From the NCBI GenBank assembly GCA_951406725.2, contig OX597815.1, positions 37,200,001 through 37,264,000 of the forward strand: DNA of 64,000 nucleotides. Reading direction: 5' to 3'. How positions within the stretch are numbered: the first letter of the stretch is position 1; each line of letters begins with the position of its first letter. Shown here one piece after another: positions 13,311 through 29,052 of the stretch. The DNA comes from Octopus vulgaris. Lineage: Eukaryota. Below the pieces are notes generated by a model, which made no database searches, was not told where the DNA came from, and saw only the letters and a program-made list of their open reading frames with translations. Position numbers and translations under genes: made by a program.

Positions 13311-14030
13311 TTACATTTATTTCAGAAGTTTATATTGATGATGTTTCTTACGCTGCTAACAACGTTAGTAATTTAATATTCACGTTGTAAGCTATCTTAT
13401 TATAACATAATCACAATAATCTTTTTTAAACAATAGAGAACATAACTATAGCCGACCAGTGTGTTAAAAGAATTGCTTATTACCATTTGACACATTTACT
13501 ACACACAGCGTGTTTTATAGCTGCAGGTAATGAAGCGTATAAATTAGCTATTAAGTGTCTCAGAGTTACTGTCTTCAGCATCTTCGTATTCACATGTATT
13601 TTTACATTATAAAAAATGATAACGTGATAATTTGAAATTGAAGTTTATTTCGTATTATGCGCGAATAAACACAATTCTCTTTAAAAAAATGAATAAAACA
13701 AAGCAAAACACCAATTGAATTAAGACTATATTTTAACTATATCTATTGAATCAAAATATTGGAGTAAATTCCTTGCGGAAAATTGTTGTCGGTTTCAGCT
13801 ATTATTTGTGTTAGTCATGCCCACTTTCCAACCACTATCTAAAAAAAAATGTCAATGCTTTAACTTCGACTAAAAGAACTTTATACGTTGGTTAAAATAA
13901 TTTTCTTCTCGTTATTAATATATACGGCATCGTTCATTCACTTTATGTTGAGAAGTAAATTGAAACGCTTCATCTTAACATTTCAACGAACAAATGAATA
14001 AGTTAAGGCAAGATTTTTTATATGTATTCA

Positions 14031-14079
<49 letters not shown>

Positions 14080-14102
14080 TGATAATAATAATAATAATAA
14101 TG

Positions 14103-14148
<46 letters not shown>

Positions 14149-14168
14149 TGATAATAATAATAATAATG

Positions 14169-14217
<49 letters not shown>

Positions 14218-14360
14218 TAATAATAATAATAATAATAATGATAATAATAATAATAATAATGATGATAATAATAATAATAATAATAATGATAATAATAATA
14301 ATAATAATAATGATAATAATAATAATAATGATGATAATAATAATAATAATAATAATAATG

Positions 14361-14448
<88 letters not shown>

Positions 14449-14498
14449 TAATAATAATAATGATAATAATAATAATGATGATAATAATAATAATAATG

Positions 14499-14533
<35 letters not shown>
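14031..14533 (+). repeat. (AAT)n microsatellite with GAT variants
   Basis: About 500 bp of AAT/GAT triplets. Confidence 0.98.
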
Positions 14534-14534
<1 letters not shown>

Positions 14535-14700
14535 GACCAGATCCCTGGGAAAGCAATAATCTATAAAACTAAAAAAAAATTGTGTTGACATCAAGCGCCC
14601 ACATTCTCAGGAAGTTTCTCTCCATCTAATATATACGTGCCTTAGGTTTCCGGTTGTGACCCGGTCAGATGATGAAATAAAACGCAAATCAGTCGGAAGA
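14534..14700 (+). mobile_element. Extreme 3' end of an R4/Dong-type LINE in (TAA)n
   Basis: QIPGKAIIYK...IVLTSSAHILRKFLSI* matches the C-terminal motif in the 57720 fragments (TAHILRRTLS). Short 3' UTR then TAA/TGA repeats. Confidence 0.65.
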
Positions 14701-14804
14701 TAATAATGATGATGATAATAATAATAATGATGATGATGTTGATGATGATGATGATGATGATGATGATAATAATAATAATAATAATAATGATAATAATAAT
14801 AATC

Positions 14805-15317
14805 TTTTATACCAAGAGTGTTATCATGTACATTGGTTTGTCTTGGTATAAAAGATGGGCTACAGCAAATATCCTGCTCAATACCACAGATTTGCTTGTC
14901 AGTTGTTTGACCATAACCAGTTGAGCATGTCCCTTAGTGGCTGACGATATGAGCATCTCTGATCACGAGCAGAAGTAGTGGGGGAGCATCATAGCTTTGT
15001 GTTGAGAGGGATTCTTTGGGGTTTGAATAATTCACCTCTGGATACATGGTTGTTTCGTTCAACATCCTTAAACAACCCTTATTCAAGGTCTTTTTGAGCG
15101 GGATGGGTCACTTGACCAGAAGAAAATTCTAACTGGACCCCACCTGCAAGGTCATGTGCTGTTTATTTTGATATGAGATCACCATGTCGCGCACATATGG
15201 TTGTGATGCATGTGCCTAGTGTACCCTTATCAGACGGGTAGTCATGATGGGTATACTGGGCTTCGTATATTTTACCCCAGTGACAGTTTGTTGGCATGCA
15301 CTGCTCTCTCACTCAAT
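14805..15317 (+). mobile_element. Non-coding dispersed repeat associated with (TAA)n
   Basis: Reverse complement of 58499-59058, 59971-60530 and 61601-62160; ends ...ctctctcactcAAT. Confidence 0.8.
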
Positions 15318-15351
15318 CCTTTCTAGGCGCAGGAGTGGTTGTGTGGTAAGA

Positions 15352-17035
15352 ATGTGAGATCATATCGTACGCCTTATGATAGTCGATCCATGACATGGCT
15401 AAGTTACTTTTTTTCCCCTTGCAGTCTCTATGTATAGTTTTAGCACAGAATGTTGAAAAAGTATGGCGAATTATAGGACGGACCTGACAGCTTACGGAAG
15501 AAGTTTAGAGACAGTAGAAGTTAGGAGGGGCAGCTTTCAAAGGGACCGTCTGTCCTCACTGATACCACTAACACTGATTGTGAGGAAAGTAAAAGCTGGG
15601 TATGTACTCAAAACCCGCCAACAAAAACTCAACCATTTTTTATTCATGGATGATCTCAGACTTTATAGTAAAGATGAAGCCCAAGTCAGTTCCTTCGTTG
15701 ATACGGTGTATACCTTCAGTGCTGATATCCGAATGGAGTTCGGACTGAGAAAGTGTGGTGTGTTAGTCTTGAAGAGAGGCAAAATCAAATGTATGGACGG
15801 GCAAATAGAAGAGACGGGTAAGTACTTGGGGTTTTGGGAAATGGATAAGTTGATGGAGAAAGAAATGACAGAAAAAATTAGGTGGAGTACTTGTGCAGAC
15901 TGAGACTGATCCTTAAGTCGAAATTAAATAGACGGAATAAGATCAAAGCTATCAACACCTGGGCGGTTTCACTCACTCCTTAGAAATGGAGCAGGAATAA
16001 TCGCATGGACAGCAGACAAACTAAACAGCTTAGACAGAAAGACAAGAAAGTTTTTAACTAGATATGGGCCACTCCACCCAAAAAGTGACACAGACAGACT
16101 GTATGTACTAAGAAAAATAGGGGGAAGAGGACTCATTGGATGCGAACACAGCATTAGAACAGAAGAAAACAACATAGCATGGCATGTAAAAATGTTACAG
16201 AGCCGCTATTATTAGAAGTAAAAATGTCAGGATTGTTTAGGATGAAAGATTGCAAAGATAAAGCCCTATACAAGAAATTGTAAACGAATGAAACTGAAAA
16301 TAGGTGGGTAAAGAAAAGAATGCATAGTCATTTTCTTATAGAGTTTGAAGATAAGACAGATAGAGAAAAAAAGATGGATGTGGATAACTAAATGTGATTT
16401 AAAACTGGAAACGGAGGCTCTAATCTGTACTACCCAAAAGCAAGAGCTAAGAACAAACTACATAGAATAGAGAATAGACAACGCAACAGAAAGTGGTAAG
16501 TGCAGAATCTGTGGACAAAACGGCGAAACCATATGGTATATTACCAGCCGATGTACGTCACTAGCTCAGAAGGAATATGAGAGATGCCACGACAATATAG
16601 CCAAGCTTGTCCATTGGACACTTTGCAACAAATATGGACTTGGCAGAGCAAAAAATCGGTACACCCACAAACCAGAAAGCATCGTCGAAAATAGAAATGC
16701 AAAGAACCTATGGAATTTTATGATTCAGTGCGACCACGAGACAGGGAATAGGAAGCCGGACATAGTCTTAGTTGAGAAAGAAAACAAACTATGCTGGATT
16801 ATAGACATAGCATGCCCAGCTGACAACAAAGTATGCGATAAGGAAGAAAGAAAATCTGGAGAAGTACGTGGAACAAATATGGGCTACAATAAGGGTGGAG
16901 CACTTGCAGAAAGCAGCACTGCTTGGAACCGCTCGAAAAATCCGGAAGGTGCTGGAAAAATGAGACGTATTACCTTAGTTCACTGGTAGTGAACTGCTGA
17001 TACTGTAGAACATCTCCAGCGTTAGAAGCTAATGT
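15352..17035 (+). mobile_element. 5'-truncated R4/Dong-clade non-LTR retrotransposon (RT, CCHC, restriction-like endonuclease), pseudogenised
   Basis: LNHFLFMDDLRLY, MEFGLRKC and KYLG RT motifs; CRICGQNGETIWYITSRC; RKPDIVLVEKENKLCWIIDIACP (PD..D RLE). Many stops and frameshifts. Confidence 0.9.
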
Positions 17036-17117
17036 CTTTTCAACTACCATAAAAATGTCTGAAACAATAACACACTTTTTTATGTAGGTAAAAAGAAAAC
17101 TGATAATTAACTAATTA

Positions 17118-17151
<34 letters not shown>

Positions 17152-17154
<3 letters not shown>

Positions 17155-18183
17155 CTTGGAGGGCTGGCCGTGATCTAGTACTCTCAAGATTAATCAGCCG
17201 AAATTACTACGATGATCCGGTTCTTCACTGAAGACTGAGGGTTTCGAATGTCCTGTCCGTGTTTATTGTATCGTCTTCTAAGAGTTATACGTTCTTGTCC
17301 ATGTTGTATTTTTCTACATACCTTAACATATATTCCAGGCGCCACGTACCCTCTTAACATTAATGTGAGCACATATTCTTAATAACTGGTACGACTCTTT
17401 GTTTGTCTCTCTCTCTCTATCTCTTTTACTTGATCTGTCCCCTTCTCTCTCTACTCATCCTCTTTTTCTCTTCTCTTTCCTCTGATTCTTTGGTCTAATC
17501 TTCCACTACCCTCCTAATTCTTTGTCTCGCTCTGCACTCACAGGTCAATCTTCGACACCCATCCCTTCTCCTCTCTGATTCCTTCTTTCTCTCTCTTCTC
17601 TCTCTTTGTTGCGTTTGTCCCTCCTCTCTCTCTCTCTCTCTCTCTCTCTTCCGCTGCTTCTCTTTCTTTTCTTTTCTCTCTCCTCTGTCACGTGACTGCT
17701 GGCCGAAATCTGCCTTTCAGCTTCTGACCAGCGTTGTGTTAACATCGTTGTTTTTCGTCCGCCGCTATAGGCATCGCCGATAAGGCTCCTTTCCTTGCGC
17801 CAGAGAAAAAATTTGTTTGCTTGTTATCAGTCGTAAGACACTTGTTGTTGTTTTCACCGTTAATGCTTCTGTATTTCATGTTTCTGTATTCCATTATTTT
17901 TTTGTTTTTTTATATTCGTCCCTTTTGCTGTCCTGGTGTCCGTATGCATTCGATCCTTCTTCCAGGAAATCTACGCTCCCAGCTTAGTTTTTCTAATGCT
18001 CGTTACTTAGTTTTTCTTGGAGGGTTGGCCGTGATCTAGTAATCTCAAGATTAATCAGCCGAAATTACTACGATGATCCGGTTCTTGACTGAAGACTGAG
18101 GGTTTCGAATGTCCTGTCCGTGTTTACTGTATCGTCTTCTAAGAGTTATACGTTCTTGTCCATGTTGTATCTTTCTACATACC

Positions 18184-18187
<4 letters not shown>
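17152..18187. mobile_element. Non-coding element with ~175-bp direct terminal repeats in (TA)n
   Basis: 17152-17326 is nearly identical to 18013-18187. CT-rich interior, TA tracts outside both ends, no TG...CA LTR termini. Confidence 0.75.
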
Positions 18188-18230
<43 letters not shown>

Positions 18231-18232
<2 letters not shown>

Positions 18233-18620
18233 TAAAGCGAGTAGCCACATCAAAGTGCAGGTGAAAGTTAATACTAGTTTAACCCTAGGCGGATTCTCCG
18301 ACAGCTGGTTTTCGGTGCAAGTTCTGCTCACTTTATATACAATATATGACTAGCAAGGGGAGCAAACGCCTACTAGCTTCCAGTAGCTGACAGAATCGCG
18401 AGACCAGCCAGTTTCGAGCCATTTGGCTCATATCAACCGTGCGCACCTGCGCAGTGGGAGTGATGGCTAAGATCCGCTTCTGCCAGCGATATATTGTAAA
18501 CAAAGTGATCATCGGTCACTGATTTGCAACACCAAAATATCTAGATATAAAATCTCAAGTGATAGAGTAGTAACGTACACTAAACAGTAAAGCGGAGACT
18601 TCGCCTGGGGTTAAACTAGT
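18231..18620. mobile_element. Small element with 28-bp inverted repeats and a degenerate hammerhead-like motif
   Basis: 18273-18300 pairs with 18593-18620. Minus strand 18397-18441 reads cacgg-TTGATAT-GAGCC aaat GGCTC-GAA-ACTGGCTGGT-C-tcgcg. Confidence 0.45.
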
Positions 18621-19071
18621 GATTGAACAGACTGGTCACAATGTGCTTTTGCACCCTGTTAGCTTTCGAATGATGCTGCCCCACTGGCTAGGCGAGTAGG
18701 TCAACATTCTTCCTTGACTGGAAGGCTAGTCCGTCACAGTGTTACCCATTTACAGCAGACTTCTTTCATTTTCTGTCGGATCGAGACCAAAAGACATTTG
18801 GCCAAGGTACCACATAGTGTAACTAAACCTGGAACCAACCTTCTCACCGCGCAGCCACCCTGTGCCTATACATGCGTCCACCCTGTATTGTCTTGTTTGC
18901 TCGAGTCCTAACTCTCTGCAAATCTTGCGGGTGCCGCCGCTATACGGAGTTCTCAGTCTTATCGTTAAAGGCATGAAACTGGGTACTAGTATTTTTCTGT
19001 CGATAACTGATGAAGATTTACGGTCCTTCAGTGTCTGTCCTACGTGTAAGTTTTATAGTATTTAATGTATT

Positions 19072-19139
<68 letters not shown>

Positions 19140-19144
<5 letters not shown>

Positions 19145-19591
19145 AAAATACGCTAAGCAGTGTTTACATATTATCACAATTTAGGCAAGTTGAAATACGT
19201 TTGTCACATATTTCAACTGCTAAACACAAATGCACTGTAGTTACCGTGGAGAAAAAATTCTCTCTTATGGTAAAAAAAAAGATGTGAAAACACCCCCTTC
19301 GTTCAGTGTCACTCTCTCTCGGGATTCTGAGACATCGATGTTTCGATTTTGATGACTCTTGTCGATCAGATGTACCTGAGACGGGCAACCCTTTCAAGTA
19401 TATCTGATCGACAAGAGTCAACAAACTCGAAATATCGATGTTTCAGGTTCCCGAGAGAGAGCGACACTGAACGAACGGGGTGCTTTCACACCTTTTTCAC
19501 ACCTAAGAAAGAATATTTTCTCCGCAACTGTAATGCATTTGCCTTTAGCAGTTGAAATATGTGACAAACATATTTCAACTAACCTCAATTG

Positions 19592-19597
<6 letters not shown>
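19140..19597. mobile_element. Foldback (hairpin) element with paired hammerhead-like motifs in (TA)n
   Basis: ~19172-19380 is the reverse complement of ~19395-19597, with a tail at 19140-19171. Motif tctga-TCGACAA-GAGT caacaa ACTC-GAA-ATATCGATGT-T-tcagg lies at 19403-19447, mirrored at 19326-19370. Confidence 0.85.
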
Positions 19598-19632
<35 letters not shown>

Positions 19633-20023
19633 GTGATTGTTTCTTATAAGGAGCAAAATGGTTAACAGGACTGCTATAGAAGTGCTCAAGTAAATGAGAT
19701 GAGTATAACACACTTTGGTTGTAGAACAAACAACAAATCTAAGGTCATCCACCTAACATATCACGTCTCGAACATTTAATCACATAATGCTTTTTCTTAT
19801 ACATAGAATACTGATGCATAAAATCACAGAAGATGAAACAATAATTCATTTAGACAAGCATATAAGAAAAATGTGTGAGTACAGTCTATTGCAATTAAAA
19901 TTAAACACTTTAGCGGCTAAAAAATTTTTCTAACATTATAACATTTAATAAAAAATATTAAAATATATAAATATATAAAGATATAAAAATACATATATAT
20001 AGGAAACATATAAATATATAATA

Positions 20024-20808
20024 CTAGCAGTATCGCCCGGCGTTGCTCGGGTTTGTAAGGGAAATAACTATATAAGCATTTTTAGAGAGTTATAGCAAAA
20101 AAATAGCAAAAAAATGCATTAAAAATGGAAAAGAAATGATAGTAAATTTTTTTTTAAATCGTTGACTCATCGTAGACATTTTTAGAGATTTACTTCCCTT
20201 GTCGAAAATAATGCATTAAAATGGAAAAAATGATGGTAAATTATTTTTAAAATTGTAGACTCATCGTAGACGCGCGCTAATACCCAGAAGGGCTCGATAT
20301 GAATCACGACTATAAGATACCCGGTTTTGGTTACACTGCACCGCAAAATGTGGGAGTAGTTAGGAATCTAAATCGTAGGAGACAGACACACAACTTCTCT
20401 TTTATATATAACTAGCAGTAACGCCCGGCGTTGCTCGGGTTTGTAAGGGAAATAACTATATAAGCATTTTTAGAGATGTAAAGTATAATAGCCATCTCAA
20501 TATGGCTAACCACAAAGAAGGGTGTTACTGTAGCTTTTTACGTTCTGAGATTTAATAATGCATTTTTAGAGAGTTACTTCCCTTATATAATAGCAAAAAA
20601 TGCATTAAAAAATGGGAAAAAATGATGGTAAATTTTTTTTTAATCGTAGTCTCATCGTAGACGCGCGCTAATACCCAGAAGGGCTCGATATGAATCACGA
20701 CTATAAGATACCCGCTTTTGGTTACACTGCACCGCAAAATGTGGGAGTAGTTAGGAATCTAAATCGTAGGAGACAGACAAACAACTTCACTTTTATATAT
20801 AAAGAAGA
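20024..20808 (-). mobile_element. Two tandem non-autonomous Helitron units
   Basis: Two related ~390-bp units (20024-20410, 20412-20808). Each ends on the minus strand in hairpin cccgagcaacgccggg plus tactgCTAG; the 5' end is TC...TATATA. Confidence 0.8.
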
Positions 20809-20929
20809 TATAAGGTAAGATAAAAGTTCATCGATTAGGAATTATTTCGATTTTAAATTACTTTTTAAGATAAGGGTAAAACCTGTAATGAAAAGCCAGT
20901 GTTCAAGCAAAAATGAAGCCATATTTACA

Positions 20930-21011
20930 TTCCCTATGGTCATTTCAGGGTTTCATCACCGTATTTAATGCACGAGGATAAATTACGATAATTACTCCTT
21001 CGTCAGGGGAA
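20930..21011 (-). ncRNA. Canonical type-I hammerhead motif in the PLE 3' region
   Basis: Minus strand reads ttccc-CTGACGA-AGG(long loop)CCT-GAA-ATGACCAT-A-gggaa. Confidence 0.8.
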
Positions 21012-23210
21012 AATATTAAAAAAAACCATCACATACCAAGGCGATAGTTCTTTAAAAAAATCCGATGCAACATTGCATGGTTTCTTATTTTAGAGGTCAT
21101 GCTCAGACCAGCACAAATATTCAAAGATTAAAGAAAGGAAAAAAGCTTATTAATGATATAAATGGATGTATTAAAGTAAATTCAGCCTCGTCGGTTTCAA
21201 ATCCCTGTAAAGATTAAATGATTTAATTACTTCGACTTTTTATTCCTATACACTTTTAAGAAGGTAGACGAAAATTTATGAATGGAAAAAGGAATCACAT
21301 TAGTAAATTTATTCAAAGTGTATGGTCCAAAACATTTAAAGATGGTAAAGGATTCCCTTATACACAGCTTACATTTGCTAATATTTCCTTTGAAGTTAGG
21401 GGTTCTAGAAACGATGGACCGTTCTAGATAATAATTCTTGTTATTCTTCTTCAAATCATGTATATGGGATGCAAGTGTGGTTGAATTACTGTATTTATCA
21501 TTAGAAACCGAGCTCATATGTGATTTATATCTAGCTTTAAAATCTACCGTAGTACCTATATAAAATTCATTTAATTTATCCTCGTACTTAACTACACATT
21601 TATATACGACGTTAGTGACTAGACAGGAATCACCCAAGGAACATAATTCTGGGTTTCTACAATTACATTTCTTCCCGGGGCCTTTCCTAGTTTTATTTTT
21701 ATTTTTATTTTACCTTTACTTTTTGCATCATCAGTTCTAGACATGTTTCCTTCTTTCATTCCGTCAGATCTTCCCTTATTACTCGGGTTCGATAAACCCG
21801 GTGAAAGCAAACTGTTTGTACCATTGGCATTTGGCGTTACAGAATTATTATTCACAGGTCCGGGGTTATCCTCAAAGGAACATTCCCAACTACATCGCCC
21901 AGCAAGTTTGCTTCTATTAATAGATGCAATAATCGAGGCGAAATTAGGCATTACAGAGTAAGAGAACTTGATAGTTGACTTGTCACAAATACTATAGTAT
22001 TTATGATTCTTTGAGAAGTTCTCTTTCAAAATTCTAAAAAACATTTTTGGTAAGTTCCTTTCTCTAAGGGAAAAGGGCAGGGAGCGAACCAAATAACTTC
22101 CCTAATTCTAGACCGTGAACCTCCTGTTTTGTTTATCTCCTTGCTAACACTATTACTTTTCTTATACCTGTACCTATTATCAACATTCCTAAACGCGTTA
22201 CTACTCCAAGGGCTCTTATTATTACAGTCAGGTGGTACTCTGCGTTTATTCAGAGCATTCGTGACGTGTTTAAGTGGCAAACCAACCATTTTGTTTTTGA
22301 TTCTAGTATTAGGGATATATGATATTTTAGCCTTGAATCCGCTTAACTTTAGAGCATTGTTATATACCGGTGCATGCTGTTCAAAACTTTCTTCATTCGC
22401 AGATAAATTAGATATTCTAGTCGATATCGCCGTAATAATGCTGTCTATTGTAGATTTTGGGTGATTAGATGATACATTAATATATGATATCGATTTATTG
22501 GGCTTACGAAAGGGATAATAAAGGCCGGTATTTAAACACAAGGTAACATCCAAAAAATTCCCCACTCTAGAATTAATATCAAAGATGATGTTAAGATTAA
22601 AAAAATACATGTAGGTCAGGAGATGACTTCATAGACGATATCTTCTGAGATAGCAGCTTCTAAAGGGATTCGTGTATTTTGAAAATTTCAAAGCTTAATT
22701 AATTTCATGTCCTGTTCAAACTTAGCAAGAGCTGGGTTGGACGAAGAATTTCTATAGGTTTTAATGTTATAATTATTTTTCTCGTCGGTAAGGTCAAATT
22801 CATTGAAACTGTTGTCACTCTTCTTATTTTTCAAGTCAACGAAATAGGCCCGCCATCTTAGCCTGTTAATGAATTCCGTGGTTCCATGGATTAATGATTC
22901 CACGTATGCATTATTCGAGGGTATGGGTATATTGTTTGAGGAAAAGCCTAGACATTGTTTATTCATTATGCAGCCTATATGAAGTGCTCAAATGAGCAGA
23001 AATTTCAATAATAATAGTGATTGTTTCTCATCAGGAACAAAATAGTTAATAGGGTTGCTATAGAAGTACTCAGGTAAATGAGACGAGTATAAAAAAACTT
23101 TGGTTTTAGAACAAACATCAAATCTAAGGTCATTCACCTAACATATCACATCTTGAACATTAGAACCATTTAATCACATAATGCTTTTTCTTATACATAG
23201 AATACAGATG

Positions 23211-23317
<107 letters not shown>

Positions 23318-23663
23318 TATATGTATATATATATATATGTATTAAAATATATATTTTATATTATATTATACATTATATTAAAATAATAATTAGTATATTT
23401 AAAAAAATTACGATTTAATGAAAATAATATCTAATTATAATAAGAAATAAAGTCTAACCATTATAAATTCTCAAATTAAATGATATGTAAAACGTAAAAT
23501 CTTTTATAACAATTAAACATCGGACGTAAAAAATACAGTCAAGAAACTATATATAAATAAAAATATTACATCAAACAAAAAATAATATCTATTATATGTA
23601 ATTTTCTAGGTGTAATTTAATTATTTATTTTGAATTGATAAAAGGTGTTTTTTTTCTAATATT

Positions 23664-23703
<40 letters not shown>

Positions 23704-24097
23704 GCGCAAGAGTGGCTGTGTGGTAAGTAGCTTGCTTACCAACCACATAGTTCCGGGTTCAGTCCCACTGCGTGGCACCTTGGGCAAGCGTCTTCTACTG
23801 TAGCCTCGGGCCGACCAAAGCCTGGTGAGTGGATTTGGTAGACGGAAACTGAAAGAAGCCCGTCGTATATATGTATATATATGTGTGTGTGTTTGTGTGT
23901 CTGTGTTTGTCCCCCAACATCGCTTGACAACCGATGCTGGTGTGTTTACGTCCCCGTAACTTAGCAGTTCGGCAAAAGAGACCGATAGAATAAGTACTAG
24001 GCTTACAAAGAATAAGTCCTGGGGGTCGATTTCTTCGACTAAAGGCGGTGCTACAGCATGGCCGCAGCCAAATAACTGAAACAAGTAAAAGAGTAAA
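23704..24097 (+). mobile_element. Full-length tRNA-derived SINE with CORE-like central motif
   Basis: A box GTGGCTGTGTGG, B box GGGTTCAGTCCC, ACCTTGGGCAAG motif, internal TA/TG tract, tail ending gtaaaagagtaaagag. Multiple copies in the window. Confidence 0.85.
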
Positions 24098-24099
24098 GA

Positions 24100-24146
<47 letters not shown>

Positions 24147-25504
24147 GATACATATACATATATATATACACACATATATATGTGTGTATGTGTATCACAT
24201 ACATATATAATACATACACAAACACACACACATACACACATATATATGTGTATATATGTAAATATTATGTCCACACGATTAATGATGTGCCTTTGTATGA
24301 GTAAAATTCAACGGTCGCATCTCTTGAATCATAGAGATTACGGTTATAAATACTGTCCCTTGCCCCATTACCGTTTAATATTCGTGAAGTCATATGTGCG
24401 GAGAGAAATCATGGTCAACTACTGTTACGGGTGATGGTCGCTGCAACTGTCTTTAGTAGCCGTTATATGTCTTTCAGTTTATGTCAGCTAGCGATAGCTT
24501 TCAAGTGCTTCCTAATCAGAATAGTTTTTTTTTATCTGAATCAAAGAAACTGTCTTTGCCTGATGCGCATCAAAGAAACATAACCTACGTAATACATCTT
24601 ACATCTTTCATGTATCTCCGTCTGTATATAAGCAGATTATACGCGTCTCTCTCATAATTACCAACACAATTACCACGAAATATATATGCATAAATTCCTG
24701 TTTGTAAACGCGTATATTGTTGCCTATGCATGAATGTGTTGGTACATGAATAACTGGTAACATTTTAGATACAAATACGCGAAAGTAGAATGCCTGCTCA
24801 GTCATAAATGTGAGTGAACGTGTGTGTTTGTGTGTATGTGTGTGTGCGTGCGTGTGTGTGTGTATTGTGTAAAAACATCAGCATGGGATTACAGTTCAGG
24901 ACATACACGAAAAGTTAAATACTACTTCATTATCAATTTTAGTCAGAATTAATTATCTTCTTTCAAAGAACTCTCACTAATTTAAAAACAGCTAATGATA
25001 AATTATGCGTAGCACTTCTAGAGGAGATATATGTAATGAATGTAAGCATTTATCTGGCGCTCAAATTAACATTATATCCACCAATAAGTTCACTAGGGGG
25101 AAATGCTTTCCGAGTTAGTTACATAAGTAGTTAGCAACAGGTATAATTAATAGTTGGTCCAAAGGAAGTTACTTCATCAAGGAACCAAATAACCTAAGAA
25201 TCTGAACTAACCTAGGTAAATAATACAGATGTAGCAGAAAAATAGTGAGCAATGAGCAAAGGCATTACCGCAAGGGCGAAATGATATTTAACATGAGACT
25301 AGAATCCTCACGTCAGCTATCACTTCGACATTTTGTATGTATAGATATAAAAGTTAAATTAAGATTATTATTTTATTGATAGATTCGGTATAATAACGGA
25401 ACATTTACTGCTATGATGATTTGCTGGTGGGAATTTCATTTTAAAGTTTAATTTAATGGAGGATTCAAAGCTTTAAGTCCCAGTCAATTTGTATATTTAT
25501 ACGT

Positions 25505-27560
<2,056 letters not shown>

Positions 27561-27792
27561 ACATTGATTGTATTGTAGCGCATTGTTGTGTCATTCAAAA
27601 TATTCTATTCTTTACAAACAATGCACAGTGCTTCAAGCGAACTACATTACTCTCCTATGTATATGTATGTATGTATACATGTATGTATGTATGTATGTAT
27701 GTATGTATGTATGTACGTACGTATGTATGTATGTATATATACACACATATATTTATATCTGTATTTATATCCATAATACATACGTGCGTGTC

Positions 27793-27893
<101 letters not shown>

Positions 27894-28702
27894 TAGTGTG
27901 TGTGCGCGCGTGTATATGTATTTATGCATGTATATGTCTCTCATATTATTCTTTATTGCTGTCGTTATCTGATTCTGAAGCGTAATAACACAGTGAAAGC
28001 GAGAATCTTTTCAAATAACTGTTTTTTCTTTGTAGTGAATTTGCAATGAGATCAGGCAGATCAAGGAAACGGCGAAGCAGGAATTAAACGTCTATCGACT
28101 AAACGTGCTCCCGTGAGATCCATATTATATCATCTCAAAACTGACAATAGTAATTATAAGGAAGCAATAAACAATCTTGATGCCACACAACAGCTTTAAA
28201 CATTTTATAGGATTTTCGATACGAATTTTCATTAGGTGATGTAGAAGGTATTATATCTCCAAAAGTATTTACAGTGTGATTTCAGTGCTAATCAATATAC
28301 AACAAGTCTTCGGACATCTAATCACAATTTTTATGTTTCGCTTAATGGTTATATATGCCTTTTATCACTGAAGCAATTTTATCTGCGAAGTTTGAACTAA
28401 ATTCCACTTGATTAGTTTTTAAGATCACATTTCACCTGCACAGGCTTTCATTCATCACATTCATAGTCAATTGATTGAGTTCTTATATTGGTCAGTCGAT
28501 ATTTCTTTACAATTACTTCTTTGAATCATATTATTGTATCAAAATAAATGATAAAATAGAATGAAAAATTGCTTTACGCTGAACGCTTACATTTTATGTT
28601 TCACAAACTGCAATCTCATTTTTTCAAGTGCATGTAAAATATATAAAAGTAGAAACAATGTATTTACAATACGGCAGTATGTCACAATTTTTATGAGAAT
28701 AT

Positions 28703-28801
<99 letters not shown>

Positions 28802-28980
28802 CCTACCTACCTATCTGTCTGTCTGTCTCTCTGCCTGCCTACCTGTCTGTCTGTCTGTTTGTCTATCGACTTAATTTTGGCACATACATATGTGCTTATA
28901 CACACACACACTCTTATATATGTATATATGTATGCATGTGCATATATATGTATGTATATATATGCATATATATATATATT

Positions 28981-29052
<72 letters not shown>

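Larger units (their letters stand above)
19629..23210 (-). mobile_element. Penelope-like retroelement with direct pseudo-LTRs, RT core deleted, interrupted by Helitrons
   Basis: ORF pieces 22688-22966 (N-terminus), 22026-22610 (NFLDVTL...YPFRKPN...YINVSSNHP, RT C-terminus) and 21227-21637 (VVYKC...FYIGTT...RY..H, GIY-YIG). 19629-19818 repeats 23012-23210. Confidence 0.9.

Noticed and set aside
13975-14594. Long poly-N/I/L/Y ORFs, and similar YI/CV/HT ORFs throughout
   Set aside because: They are translations of microsatellites.
22635-22660. Plus-strand FIDDIF resembling an RT catalytic motif
   Set aside because: It is antisense to the continuing PLE N-terminal coding region and flanked by stops, so coincidental.
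23015-23036. Minus-strand CTGATGAGAAAC as a hammerhead
   Set aside because: There is no stem II, and the motif is not kept in the other pseudo-LTR copy at ~19640.
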